64,000 nucleotides of DNA from the NCBI GenBank assembly GCA_964603985.1, contig CAZRXG010000001.1, forward strand, positions 10,178 to 74,177, in the 5' to 3' direction. This document shows, piece after piece, positions 36,947-45,476 of this stretch. Positions within the stretch are counted from its first letter, which is position 1. Every line of letters starts with the position of its first letter. The position numbers and the translations under genes were made by a program. The notes under the pieces were generated by a model. The model saw only the letters and a program-made list of their open reading frames with translations, ran no database searches and had not been told where the DNA came from. Source of the DNA: an uncultured Anaerolineae bacterium. Its GTDB lineage: Bacteria > Chloroflexota > Anaerolineae > Aggregatilineales > UBA3940.

Positions 36947-38142
36947 CAGAGCTGCCCCTTAAAGGATGCAGTGTGCCGCCAGGAATCGATGATGGCTTGA
37001 AGGGTGCGGTCACGGTCGAATCGCTGCCGGACGTGAGCCTGCCCGGCCCGGCCCATCGCGGTGGCGTGGGGGGGGTCGTCGAGCAGGGCAATAACCCCGG
37101 TGGCCAGAGCGGCGGGATCTTCCAATTCGCACAGCAGGCCGGTCTGGCCGTCGAGCACCACCTCCTGAGCGCCCGCCGTGCGGGTGGCGACGACCGGTCT
37201 GGCGCACGAGGCCGCCTCGACCAGCACCAGGCCGAAGCCCTCGTAGGCTGAACTGTGCACGTACACTGTACACAGACGGTAGTAAACGGGCAACTCCTCG
37301 TGTTCGACCTGCCCGGCGAAGCGCACAACCTCGTCGAGGCCGAGCCGGGCGACCTGGGCGGGCACAGCGGGGTAGGAGGAAAAGTCGCCGACGAGGAGAA
37401 GACAGGCATCAGGATGATCCTGGTGCACACGGGTGAAGGCGTCGATCAGCAGGGGGACACGCTTGACGGGGGCGGGCCGACCGATCCAGAGCAGAACGGG
37501 CGCGGTGGGTGGGATACCAAGCCGCTCGCGGAGGGCTTCCCCCTCACCGGGCGGGCCTTCGGGGGTGAAGCGCTCCAGGCGGGCGGGGACGGGCACGACA
37601 GAAATCCGGTCGGGGGGGAGGCCGCGCGTGAGGTACCCGTCACGCTCGGCGTGGTTGACGACGCGGCACACGTCGGCGTGGCGCAGCACCCACCGGCCCA
37701 GGTGGTTGAAAACGGCGTGCCGGAGGGGGCGCTCGGCGAGCCAGTAAGGGTTGTCGAAGAAGCTGCTGTGATTTTGGACGTGAAGGGGGATACCGAAGCG
37801 CCGCCGCAGCCAGACGCCCGGCAGGCCGGTGGAGAAGGGATCCTGGGTGGTGATCAGGTTGATGGGATGGTCGTGGCAGATGGCGCGGCCAATGCGGCAG
37901 GCGTCCTGGATGAAGCCGATCCGGGTGGTGGAGCGGGTGGGGTAGATGGTGAGGTGGGGGCTTAAAGCGGTGACAGACAGATCGCGGGTGTGGGGCGAAT
38001 AAACCAGCATGTGCAGGTGTGCCACGCGCCCGGCGTATTCCAGATGGCGCTCACGCACATCGCCCCAGCCTGTGAGCACCTCGTCGCCGAGGGCGATCAT
38101 CAGGACGTGCAGGGCGCTGGCGGAGGGCCATGCGGCGGACAT
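36946..38142 (-). CDS. Family 4 glycosyltransferase
   Basis: The start is set to the ATG at 38142 (MSAAWPSASALHVLMIALGD), 1 nt after the stop of the dehydrogenase gene. EGFGLVLVEAASCARPVVATRTAG is a GT4 signature. Confidence 0.8.
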   Translation of the reverse strand: MSAAWPSASALHVLMIALGDEVLTGWGDVRERHLEYAGRVAHLHMLVYSPHTRDLSVTALSPHLTIYPTRSTTRIGFIQDACRIGRAICHDHPINLITTQDPFSTGLPGVWLRRRFGIPLHVQNHSSFFDNPYWLAERPLRHAVFNHLGRWVLRHADVCRVVNHAERDGYLTRGLPPDRISVVPVPARLERFTPEGPPGEGEALRERLGIPPTAPVLLWIGRPAPVKRVPLLIDAFTRVHQDHPDACLLLVGDFSSYPAVPAQVARLGLDEVVRFAGQVEHEELPVYYRLCTVYVHSSAYEGFGLVLVEAASCARPVVATRTAGAQEVVLDGQTGLLCELEDPAALATGVIALLDDPPHATAMGRAGQAHVRQRFDRDRTLQAIIDSWRHTASFKGQL

Positions 38143-38143
38143 G

Positions 38144-39454
38144 TTACAGACGAACGATAGTTGCCCTGGGCGATTGGACGTTCTTGAGTGCGTTGCGCGA
38201 GTCGATGATAAGCCGTGCCTGTTCGGTGATCCATGCCCAGTCAAAACACGAGTGATCGGTGACGATTGTGACACAATCGACCGCGTTAAGAAGCTCGTCG
38301 CTCAGATCGACCGACTGCATGTCCAGGCCCTCGTGGTGCAGGTCGGAGACGTAGGGATCGTGGTAGACAACCTCGGCGCCGCGTTCCTGGAGGAGCCGGA
38401 TCACGTCCAGCGCAGGGCTTTCGCGCAGGTCGTTGATATCGCGCTTGTAGGCCACGCCCAGTACCAGGATCCGGGATCCTTTGACCGCCTTCTGCTTTTC
38501 GTTGAGAGCGTCGATGACCTTGCCGACGACGTAGACCGGCATATTGCTGTTGATCTCGGAGGCCAGCTCGATGAAGCGGGCGTTGTAGTTGAGGGCCTTG
38601 AGCTTCCAACTCAGGTAGAGGGGGTCGATGGGGATGCAGTGCCCGCCGAGGCCGGGGCCGGGGTAGAAGGTGGTGAAGCCGAAGGGCTTGGAGCTGGCGG
38701 CGTCGATGACCTCCCAGATGTTGACGTCGAGCTTGTCACACATGACGGCCATCTCGTTGACCAGGCCGATGTTGACGGCGCGGAAGGTGTTTTCGAGCAG
38801 CTTGACCATCTCGGCGGTGCGGGTGGAGGAGACGGGGACAACCTGGTCGATCACCTTGCTGTAGAGGGCCTGGCCGACCTCGAGGCAGGCAGGCGTCACG
38901 CCGCCGATGACCTTGGGCGTGTTGCGCACACTGAAGTGCTCGTTGCCGGGGTCGATGCGCTCCGGTGAGAAGCAGATGAAGACGTCCTGGCCGACTTCAA
39001 AGCCGTTCTGAGTCAGGCGGGGGACGATCAGCTCGTCGGTGGTGCCGGGGTAGGTGGTGCTCTCCAGGATGATCAGGTGGCCGGGATGGCTGTAGCGGGC
39101 GATCTCGGTGGCGGCGGCGATGATGTAGCTCATGTCGGGATCTTTGGTCTTGCGCAGGGGCGTGGGCACGCAAATGCTGATAGCGTCGACCTCTTTGAGG
39201 ACGCTGTAGTCGGTGGTGGCAGACAGGCTGCCTTCGGCGACGAGACCGGACATGTCCTCGGTCGGCACGTCGGCGATGTAGCTGATGCCCTCGTTGATCA
39301 TGGCAACTTTCTTTGAGTCAACCTCCACGCCGATGACCTTGTAGCCTTCCCTGGCAAACTCCACAGCCAGCGGCAGGCCGACGTAGCCCAGGCCGATCAC
39401 ACTGATAACCGCCTCACGCCGCTCGATTTTTCCCAACAGCGTGTTTTTTGTCAC
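38144..39454 (-). CDS. Nucleotide-sugar 6-dehydrogenase (UDP-glucose/UDP-ManNAc/UDP-GlcNAc dehydrogenase family)
   Basis: ISVIGLGYVGLPLAVEFA (NAD fold) and the catalytic-Cys motif GGHCIPIDPLY. 436 aa. Substrate cannot be assigned by eye. Confidence 0.85.
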   Translation of the reverse strand: MTKNTLLGKIERREAVISVIGLGYVGLPLAVEFAREGYKVIGVEVDSKKVAMINEGISYIADVPTEDMSGLVAEGSLSATTDYSVLKEVDAISICVPTPLRKTKDPDMSYIIAAATEIARYSHPGHLIILESTTYPGTTDELIVPRLTQNGFEVGQDVFICFSPERIDPGNEHFSVRNTPKVIGGVTPACLEVGQALYSKVIDQVVPVSSTRTAEMVKLLENTFRAVNIGLVNEMAVMCDKLDVNIWEVIDAASSKPFGFTTFYPGPGLGGHCIPIDPLYLSWKLKALNYNARFIELASEINSNMPVYVVGKVIDALNEKQKAVKGSRILVLGVAYKRDINDLRESPALDVIRLLQERGAEVVYHDPYVSDLHHEGLDMQSVDLSDELLNAVDCVTIVTDHSCFDWAWITEQARLIIDSRNALKNVQSPRATIVRL

Positions 39455-39499
39455 TTCAAAACCTCTTTCTATGCATGATTTGGTGTTGGGGAGATGATA

Positions 39500-40489
39500 T
39501 CACTGCTGCCGCAAGTACAGGTCAGCGTGCTCGCGGAAGTAGGTGACGATTTCCTGGAGTGTCTGGGCAAGGCTCTTCTCCGGCTGCCAGCCGATCACGC
39601 GCTCGATCTTGCTGATGTCGGGCATACGACGGCGCATGTCTTCGAAGCCGGTTTCGTACGCCTCATGGTAGGGAACCAGCACGATCTCGGAATCGCTGTC
39701 CGTCAGGGTCTTGACCTTGGCAGCCAGGTCGATGATCCTGATCTCTTCCTGGGTGCCAACGTTGAAGACCTCGCCCACCGCCTCCTGGCAGTCAAGCAGG
39801 CCGATCAAGGCGCGCACCACATCGCTGACGCTGGCGAAGCAGCGGCTTTGCTGGCCGTCGCCGTAGACCTGGATTGGCTCGCCGGCCAGGGCCCACTGCA
39901 CGAAGCGGGGGATGACCATACCATAGCGACCTCGCTGGCGCGGCCCGACGGTGTTGAACAGGCGGAAAATGACGACCGGCAACCCGGTCTCTTTGTAGTA
40001 GGCCAGTGCCAGGAATTCGTCGAGAGCCTTGCTGGTCGAGTAGCTCCAGCGGCTCTTGGTGGTCGGCCCCAGGACGCGGTCATTATCCTCGCTGAAGACA
40101 GGGTGGTTGCTTTTACCGTAGATCTCCGAGGTGGAGGCGAGCAGGACTTTTCTGCGGTAGCGGCGGGCGGTCTGGAGGACGATGTCTGTGCCGCGCACGT
40201 TGGTCTCAATGGTGTGAATGGGACTGCGGACGATCAGGTCAACGCCAACGGCAGCCGCCAGATGGTAGATAACGTCGCACTCGCTGACCAGGCGATCCAT
40301 CACGGCCATATTGGTGATGGTCTCAATGGCAAAGTGGAAACGGGGGTCGCCTGTGAGGTGCTCGATGTTCTCAAAGCGACCCGTCGATAGGTTGTCGATG
40401 ATGGTGACTTCGTGACCCTCGCCGAGCAGGGCTTCGGAAAGGTGGCTGCCGATGAAGCCCGCCCCCCCTGTGATAAGCACTCTTGTCAT
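39500..40489 (-). CDS. Extended SDR nucleotide-sugar epimerase/dehydratase/decarboxylase (UXS/ArnA-C-like)
   Basis: RVLITGGAGFIGSHL, STSEIYGKS and YSTSK (YxxxK). 329 aa. It is the first gene of the glycan operon. Confidence 0.8.
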   Translation of the reverse strand: MTRVLITGGAGFIGSHLSEALLGEGHEVTIIDNLSTGRFENIEHLTGDPRFHFAIETITNMAVMDRLVSECDVIYHLAAAVGVDLIVRSPIHTIETNVRGTDIVLQTARRYRRKVLLASTSEIYGKSNHPVFSEDNDRVLGPTTKSRWSYSTSKALDEFLALAYYKETGLPVVIFRLFNTVGPRQRGRYGMVIPRFVQWALAGEPIQVYGDGQQSRCFASVSDVVRALIGLLDCQEAVGEVFNVGTQEEIRIIDLAAKVKTLTDSDSEIVLVPYHEAYETGFEDMRRRMPDISKIERVIGWQPEKSLAQTLQEIVTYFREHADLYLRQQ

Positions 40490-40598
40490 ACTGGTAAGAC
40501 ATCCTCGATGATAAACTGCCGGTCACCCAGGGCAGCACAGCGGGGCCGATTGTAGCAGGGGCGGGGTCTTCTGTCCACACGCCCAAACGGCGACTTCC

Positions 40599-41084
40599 CT
40601 ACGTGCGGAGCAGGCGCAGGAGCGCCGCAGCACGCTCACCGGAGGCAGTGAGGACGAACTCGCGGTCGTCGCCGCCCAGGTCGCGGATCTCGACCCACAG
40701 GCGGGCGGCGGGGAGGATGCCCCGGATGCGCTCAGGCCACTCGATCACGACGACGCCCGCGCCGTCGAGGAGGTCCTCAAGGCCGGTAGCCCAGGCATCG
40801 GCCTCGTCCGCCAGGCGATAGCAATCGACGTGGTAGAAGCGCCGGGCGTCGTCGGGGTGATGGTACTCGTTGATCAGGGTGAAAGTGGGACTGGTGACCT
40901 GTTCGACCGCGCCCCAGCCCCGCGCCAGGCCGCGTGTCAAGCAGGTTTTACCCGCCCCCAGGCTGCCGGCCAGGCAGAGCACGTCACCTGGCTGGAGGTG
41001 TTGGCCGAGCTGCTGGCCGAGGCGCTCTGTCTCGGCGGGGGTGTGGGTGGTGAACTTCAAAGAAGTGGCGTTCTGGGCGGTCAT
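40599..41084 (-). CDS. tsaE: tRNA threonylcarbamoyladenosine biosynthesis ATPase TsaE (YjeE)
   Basis: GDVLCLAGSLGAGKTCLTRGLARGWG, SPTFTLINEY and HVDCYRL are the TsaE signature. Confidence 0.85.
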   Translation of the reverse strand: MTAQNATSLKFTTHTPAETERLGQQLGQHLQPGDVLCLAGSLGAGKTCLTRGLARGWGAVEQVTSPTFTLINEYHHPDDARRFYHVDCYRLADEADAWATGLEDLLDGAGVVVIEWPERIRGILPAARLWVEIRDLGGDDREFVLTASGERAAALLRLLRT

Positions 41085-41154
41085 GGTGGCCGGATTGTAG
41101 CGCAGCGGTCAGCGGTCAGCTAATCGGCGGGGCAGATGAATCCTGGCAGGGGGG

Positions 41155-41183
41155 TTGACAAGCCCTCCCAAATGTGATATTGT
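41155..41183 (+). promoter_or_regulatory. Sigma-70-type promoter of the ilv-leu leader (TTGACA-N17-TATTGT with TGn extension)
   Basis: TTGACA is at 41155-41160 and TATTGT at 41178-41183, with TG at 41175-41176. The promoter lies about 30 nt upstream of the leader-1 ATG. Confidence 0.65.
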
Positions 41184-41214
41184 GTTCCACAATGCGTAAA
41201 AGAGTATAGAGATC

Positions 41215-41310
41215 ATGCTGACACACTCAACCAACCACAACCTTCTTATTATTATCGTAGTTCTGCTTCTTGGCCTTATTAGCGGCCTGAAGCTAGACCC
41301 GGTTGGGTAG
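41215..41310 (+). CDS. Candidate attenuation leader peptide 1 (31 aa, Leu/Ile/Val-rich)
   Basis: My translation is MLTHSTNHNLLIIIVVLLLGLISGLKLDPVG*, with 9 Leu, 4 Ile and 3 Val, including an uninterrupted run of 10. At 31 aa it is below the ORF-track size cutoff. The SD is weak. Confidence 0.6.
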   Translation: MLTHSTNHNLLIIIVVLLLGLISGLKLDPVG

Positions 41311-41341
41311 GTGGCAGAGCACGATACAGCGAAGTACACCC

Positions 41342-41374
41342 AGCGCCCCCCAACCGGGGGGCGCTTTCGCGTTT
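41342..41374 (+). terminator. Intrinsic terminator (attenuator 1)
   Basis: AGCGCCCCCC (41342-41351), loop AACC, then GGGGGGCGCT (41356-41365), followed by TTCGCGTTT. CCCGGTTGGG (41298-41307, the last leader codons) is complementary to CCCAACCGGG (41349-41358). That pairing would be a mutually exclusive antiterminator. Confidence 0.65.
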
Positions 41375-41381
41375 AGGAGTG

Positions 41382-41534
41382 ATGAGCGGAAAGTGTGAGA
41401 CGGAGTACAACGTGAATTACCAGACCAGCGCAGCCATTCTTATCATCGTTATTGTACATATTAGCCTCCTTATCCTTATTAAGGAGCGCACGGCGGCGGC
41501 TGCGCCGGTCGGGACAAGGCACACGGACAGGTAA
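41382..41534 (+). CDS. Candidate attenuation leader peptide 2 (50 aa, Ile/Leu/Val-rich core)
   Basis: My translation is MSGKCETEYNVNYQTSAAILIIVIVHISLLILIKERTAAAAPVGTRHTDR*. Residues 19-33 are 13/15 Ile/Leu/Val. AGGAG ends only 2 nt before the ATG, which is short spacing. Confidence 0.5.
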   Translation: MSGKCETEYNVNYQTSAAILIIVIVHISLLILIKERTAAAAPVGTRHTDR

Positions 41535-41570
41535 GTTAAGTGCAAAACCAACCGGAACTAAGAGCAAAAG

Positions 41571-41608
41571 GGAGCCGCCTCAAACCGAGAGCGGCTCCTT
41601 CAGTTTAA
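41571..41608 (+). terminator. Intrinsic terminator (attenuator 2)
   Basis: GGAGCCGC (41571-41578), a 12-nt loop, then GCGGCTCC (41591-41598), followed by TTCAGTTTAA. Confidence 0.65.
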
Positions 41609-41645
41609 TGGGATTTTCACCCGGCTAACCGAGAGGAGAAACACC

Positions 41646-41855
41646 ATGTTTGGAGAGGAATATTTCGCGGGGTTCAAGATGACCGATCCTGAGGAAGCAC
41701 CCTTCCCGACAGGGCCCTGGGCTAATGCCTGGCACCCCGTCTGGGAGCGCCCTGACGGCCAGACGCCGATGGGACAGCGCAAGGACAGCAAGGCCCGTGA
41801 GGATGCAGCCATGCCGTCTGAGAGTGACTCAGATCTCAACGAACCGATGGACTGA
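41646..41855 (+). CDS. Hypothetical 69-aa acidic protein immediately upstream of ilvD
   Basis: A strong SD (GAGAGGAGAAACACC) precedes the ATG. The stop lies 4 nt before the ilvD ATG at 41860. I recognise no motif. Confidence 0.45.
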   Translation: MFGEEYFAGFKMTDPEEAPFPTGPWANAWHPVWERPDGQTPMGQRKDSKAREDAAMPSESDSDLNEPMD

Positions 41856-41859
41856 TACA

Positions 41860-43578
41860 ATGAGTAGTTCAGCTCAGGCCGGGACGGCTTCCTCGGTTTC
41901 AACACGCCCTATGCGGTCGGATCGGATCAAAGCAGGCGCGGAACGCGCCCCACATCGTGCGCTCCTTAAAGCGACAGGCGTCCGCGATGAGGACATGGGC
42001 AAGCCTTTTGTGGCAGTGGTCAATTCCTACATCGATATTGTGCCGGGCCACGTCCATCTCCAGGCGCTGGGCCAGGTCGTCAAGGAGGCGGTACGGGCGG
42101 CGGGGGCGGTGCCGTTCGAGTTCAACACCATCGGCGTGGGCGACGGCATTGCGATGGGCCATGAAGGGATGAAGTTCTCTCTGCCCAGCCGGGAGCTGAT
42201 CGCGGACTGCGTCGAGACGATGGTCGCCGCGCACGTCTTCGATGCAATGATCTGCATCCCCAACTGCGACAAGATCATCCCCGGTATGCTGATGGCGGCC
42301 ATGCGGTTGGACATCCCAACCATCTTCGTGAGCGGTGGGCCGATGCCTGCCGGGAAGACGCCGGATGGCCGCGCGGTGGACTTGATCAGCGTGTTTGAGG
42401 GCGTCGGGGCGTACAGGGCGGGGAAGATTGACGCCGACGAGTTGAAGATTCTGGAGGACTCCAGTTGTCCCTCGTGCGGATCGTGCAGTGGGCTGTTCAC
42501 TGCCAACAGCATGAACTGCATCATGGAGGCGCTAGGCCTGGCGCTGCCCTACAATGGGACGGCGCTGGCCGAGACCGATGAGCGGCGCGCGCTCGCCGAG
42601 CGGGCCGCCCGGCAGCTCGTGAGCTTGCTTGAGGCAGACCTCACACCTCGCCAGATCGCCACGCTTGAAGCCTTCGATGATGCCTTTGCGCTTGACATGG
42701 CGATGGGCGGCAGCACGAACACCGTGCTGCACCTCTTGGCCGTCGCGCACGAAGCCGGGATCGACTATGACCTGCACCGGGTCAACCAGATCGCCGAGCG
42801 TGTCCCGCACCTGTGCAAGATCAGCCCGGCCTCGCACTGGCACATGGAAGACCTGCACCGCGCAGGCGGCATCCCCGCACTGCTGAACGAATTGAACAGC
42901 GATGGCAATACGCTGCACCTGGATCGCCCGACCGTCACCGGCAAGACGTTTGGCGAAAGCGTTGCGTCCGCACAGGTGCAGGATCGTGAGGTCATCCTGC
43001 CTTATTCGGCTCCCCACTCTGCAACAGGTGGGCTGTCGATCCTGTTCGGCAACCTCGCGCCGGAGGGGGCGGTGGTCAAGACGGGCGCGGTTGATGCGAA
43101 CATGCGCCAGCATCGCGGGCCGGCCCGCATCTATGAGAGCCAGGACGAAGCGCTGCGTGGTATCTACGATGGGGAAGTGCAGTCCGGTGAGGTGGTTGTG
43201 ATCCGCTACGAAGGCCCGGCGGGCGGCCCCGGCATGCAGGAGATGCTCAGCCCAACCAGCGCCATTATGGGAATGGGGCTGGGGGACGAGGTCGCGTTGA
43301 TCACAGATGGACGCTTTTCGGGTGGGACACGCGGCGCGTGCATCGGGCACGTCAGCCCGGAGGCGGCGGCGCGCGGACCCATCGCGGCCTTGCAGCCGGG
43401 GGACATGATTGAAATCGACCTGGATGGGCGGGCGCTGAACGTGCAGCTTAGTGACGAGGAGATTCGGGCGCGGCTGGACGCGCTGCCATCCTTCGAACCT
43501 GGGGTGAGCAGCAAATGGCTGCGCCGTTATTCGAGAATGGTAACCAGCGCTTCGACAGGGGCGGTTCTCATCGACTAA
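41860..43578 (+). CDS. ilvD: Dihydroxy-acid dehydratase
   Basis: [23 protein letters not shown]..., CDKIIPG, and the C-terminal [22 protein letters not shown]. The start is either 41860 or 41911. The track start at 41725 overlaps the small ORF and is unlikely. Confidence 0.9.
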   Translation: MSSSAQAGTASSVSTRPMRSDRIKAGAERAPHRALLKATGVRDEDMGKPFVAVVNSYIDIVPGHVHLQALGQVVKEAVRAAGAVPFEFNTIGVGDGIAMGHEGMKFSLPSRELIADCVETMVAAHVFDAMICIPNCDKIIPGMLMAAMRLDIPTIFVSGGPMPAGKTPDGRAVDLISVFEGVGAYRAGKIDADELKILEDSSCPSCGSCSGLFTANSMNCIMEALGLALPYNGTALAETDERRALAERAARQLVSLLEADLTPRQIATLEAFDDAFALDMAMGGSTNTVLHLLAVAHEAGIDYDLHRVNQIAERVPHLCKISPASHWHMEDLHRAGGIPALLNELNSDGNTLHLDRPTVTGKTFGESVASAQVQDREVILPYSAPHSATGGLSILFGNLAPEGAVVKTGAVDANMRQHRGPARIYESQDEALRGIYDGEVQSGEVVVIRYEGPAGGPGMQEMLSPTSAIMGMGLGDEVALITDGRFSGGTRGACIGHVSPEAAARGPIAALQPGDMIEIDLDGRALNVQLSDEEIRARLDALPSFEPGVSSKWLRRYSRMVTSASTGAVLID

Positions 43579-43694
43579 ACGCCAACCTGCCCAAGCGTAG
43601 GGGCGACGGCGTCGGAGGTTGCCAAGCGTCGCCCACCTGAGCCGTGACGTGCATGCACAGCGTCAAGCGGCCCTAAACTGAGGAGGAGGAGACA

Positions 43695-45401
43695 ATGGAG
43701 TTAACCGGTGCCCAGATCTTATGGGAGACCCTGGCGCGTGAGGGCGTCGAAGCAGTGTTCGGCTACCCCGGCGGCGCAACGCTCCCCACTTACGATGCAA
43801 TGCTCAGCTACTCAATCCGGCACGTGCTCGTCCGCCACGAGCAGGGCGCAGCCCACGCGGCGGATGGTTACGCCCGCGCCTCCGGCAAAGTCGGTGTGGC
43901 GATGGCGACCTCCGGGCCGGGTGGGACCAACCTGGTAACGGGCATTGCGACGGCCATGATGGACTCTTCCCCCGTCGTCTGTATCACCGGGCAGGTCGGG
44001 AGCGGGGCCATCGGCAGCGATGCTTTCCAGGAGACGGACATCACCGGCGTCACTCTGCCGATCACCAAACACAATTACCTGATTACCCGTGCTGAGGATA
44101 TCGGCCCCTCCCTGCGCGAGGCATTCCACATCGCACGGAGCGGGCGGCCCGGCCCGGTGCTGCTTGACATTACCAAAGACGCACAGAATGGAGTAGCCGA
44201 CTGGGAGCCGGATGACACCCCGGTTCGTCTCCCCGGCTACCAGCCCGACCGGCGCGCCCTGCCGGAGGACTTCGAGCGGGCGGTCGAGCTGATTAACAGC
44301 GCGAAGTGCCCGGTTATCCTGGGCGGGCATGGCATCATCATGTCGGGCGCGGAGCAGGTCTTCAGGCAGTTCGTCGAGAAGACCAATATCCCCGTCGCGA
44401 TGACCCTGCTCGGTCTGGGCGGCTTCCCGGCCAGTCACCCGCTCAACCTGGGCATGATGGGCATGCACGGTGAGGCGTGGGTCAACACAGCGATCCAGGA
44501 GGCGGACCTGCTGCTGGCCTTCGGGATGCGCTTCGATGACCGCGTGACCGGCACCCTCAGCACTTATGCCCCCAGCGCGCGCAAGATTCACATCGACATC
44601 GATCCATCCGAGATCAATAAGATCGTCCACGTGGATGTTGGTATCGTCGGCGATTTGAGGGAGACATTGGAGGAGTTGCTGCCCGTTGTCGAGGCGGTTA
44701 GCCGGGATGACTGGCTGGCACACATCGATGAATTGAAAGGCGACTCCGCCGTGCGCGACATCCAGCAGCTTCCAGATGATGGTCACCTTTACGCCGCGCA
44801 CGTCATTAACGACCTGTGGCGCTACACCGATGGGAATGCACTGCTCGTCACCGACGTGGGCCAGAACCAGATGTGGGCGGCCCAGTACTACCGGCACGAG
44901 CGATCCCGCACGCTGATCACCTCAGGCGGGCTGGGCACGATGGGCTTCGCACTGCCGGCCTCCATTGGGGCCAGGGTCGCCAGGCCGGATGATGAGGTGT
45001 GGGTGATCGCCGGGGATGGCGGCTTCCAGATGACGGCGGCGGAGCTTTCTACCTGTGCCCAGGAGGGGTTCAAGATCAACATCGCAGTCATCAACAATGG
45101 ATATCTGGGCATGGTGCGCCAGTGGCAGGAGTTCTTCTACGAGCGCCGCTACGCCGCCACGCCGATGCGCGGGCCGGACTTCGTGAAACTGGCTGAGGCG
45201 CATAGATTGACGGGGCTGTGCTGCACCACACGCGGCGAGATTGAGGCGGTGGTCCGGCAGGCACGCGAGACCGAGGGCACGGTCGTGATCGACTTCCGGG
45301 TCGAGAAAGAGGACTCGGTGTACCCGATGGTGCCCGCCGGTGCTGCCCTGCATGCGATGATCCGCCGTCCCGTCCTGATTCCCGAAAAGGTTGATGATTG
45401 A
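43695..45401 (+). CDS. ilvB: Acetolactate synthase (AHAS) large subunit
   Basis: MELTGAQILWETLAREGVEAVFGYPGG and the ThDP motif GGLGTMGFALPASIGA...GDGGFQM...NNGYLGMVRQWQ. GAGGAGGAGG lies upstream. Confidence 0.93.
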   Translation: MELTGAQILWETLAREGVEAVFGYPGGATLPTYDAMLSYSIRHVLVRHEQGAAHAADGYARASGKVGVAMATSGPGGTNLVTGIATAMMDSSPVVCITGQVGSGAIGSDAFQETDITGVTLPITKHNYLITRAEDIGPSLREAFHIARSGRPGPVLLDITKDAQNGVADWEPDDTPVRLPGYQPDRRALPEDFERAVELINSAKCPVILGGHGIIMSGAEQVFRQFVEKTNIPVAMTLLGLGGFPASHPLNLGMMGMHGEAWVNTAIQEADLLLAFGMRFDDRVTGTLSTYAPSARKIHIDIDPSEINKIVHVDVGIVGDLRETLEELLPVVEAVSRDDWLAHIDELKGDSAVRDIQQLPDDGHLYAAHVINDLWRYTDGNALLVTDVGQNQMWAAQYYRHERSRTLITSGGLGTMGFALPASIGARVARPDDEVWVIAGDGGFQMTAAELSTCAQEGFKINIAVINNGYLGMVRQWQEFFYERRYAATPMRGPDFVKLAEAHRLTGLCCTTRGEIEAVVRQARETEGTVVIDFRVEKEDSVYPMVPAGAALHAMIRRPVLIPEKVDD

Positions 45402-45476
45402 TTTCCGAAAGAGAAAATTCCGGGGGGGAGCACAGTGTGCTGCGCTTCTCCATAGCCAGCAGAGCGGAGGATGCAA

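Noticed and set aside
41104-41120. The tandem heptamer AGCGGTC AGCGGTC just after tsaE, checked in case it was a repeat array or CRISPR-like signal.
   Set aside because: There are only two copies with no spacers, which is too trivial to interpret. No CRISPR-like periodic repeats were seen anywhere in the window.
41109-41567. Reverse-strand small ORFs in the ilv leader region. These are track ORFs 41109-41339 and 41373-41567, plus a 28-codon frame MYNNDDKNGCAGLVIHVVLRLTLSAHHS preceded by a perfect AAGGAGG.
   Set aside because: Their Asn/Asp/Lys-rich stretches are the mirror image of Ile/Leu/Val codons on the plus strand, and the AAGGAGG is the complement of the Ser-Leu-Leu codons AGC CTC CTT. 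The promoter, the T-tails of the terminators and the downstream ilv-leu operon all favour the plus-strand reading. Translation of the reverse frames cannot be excluded without data.
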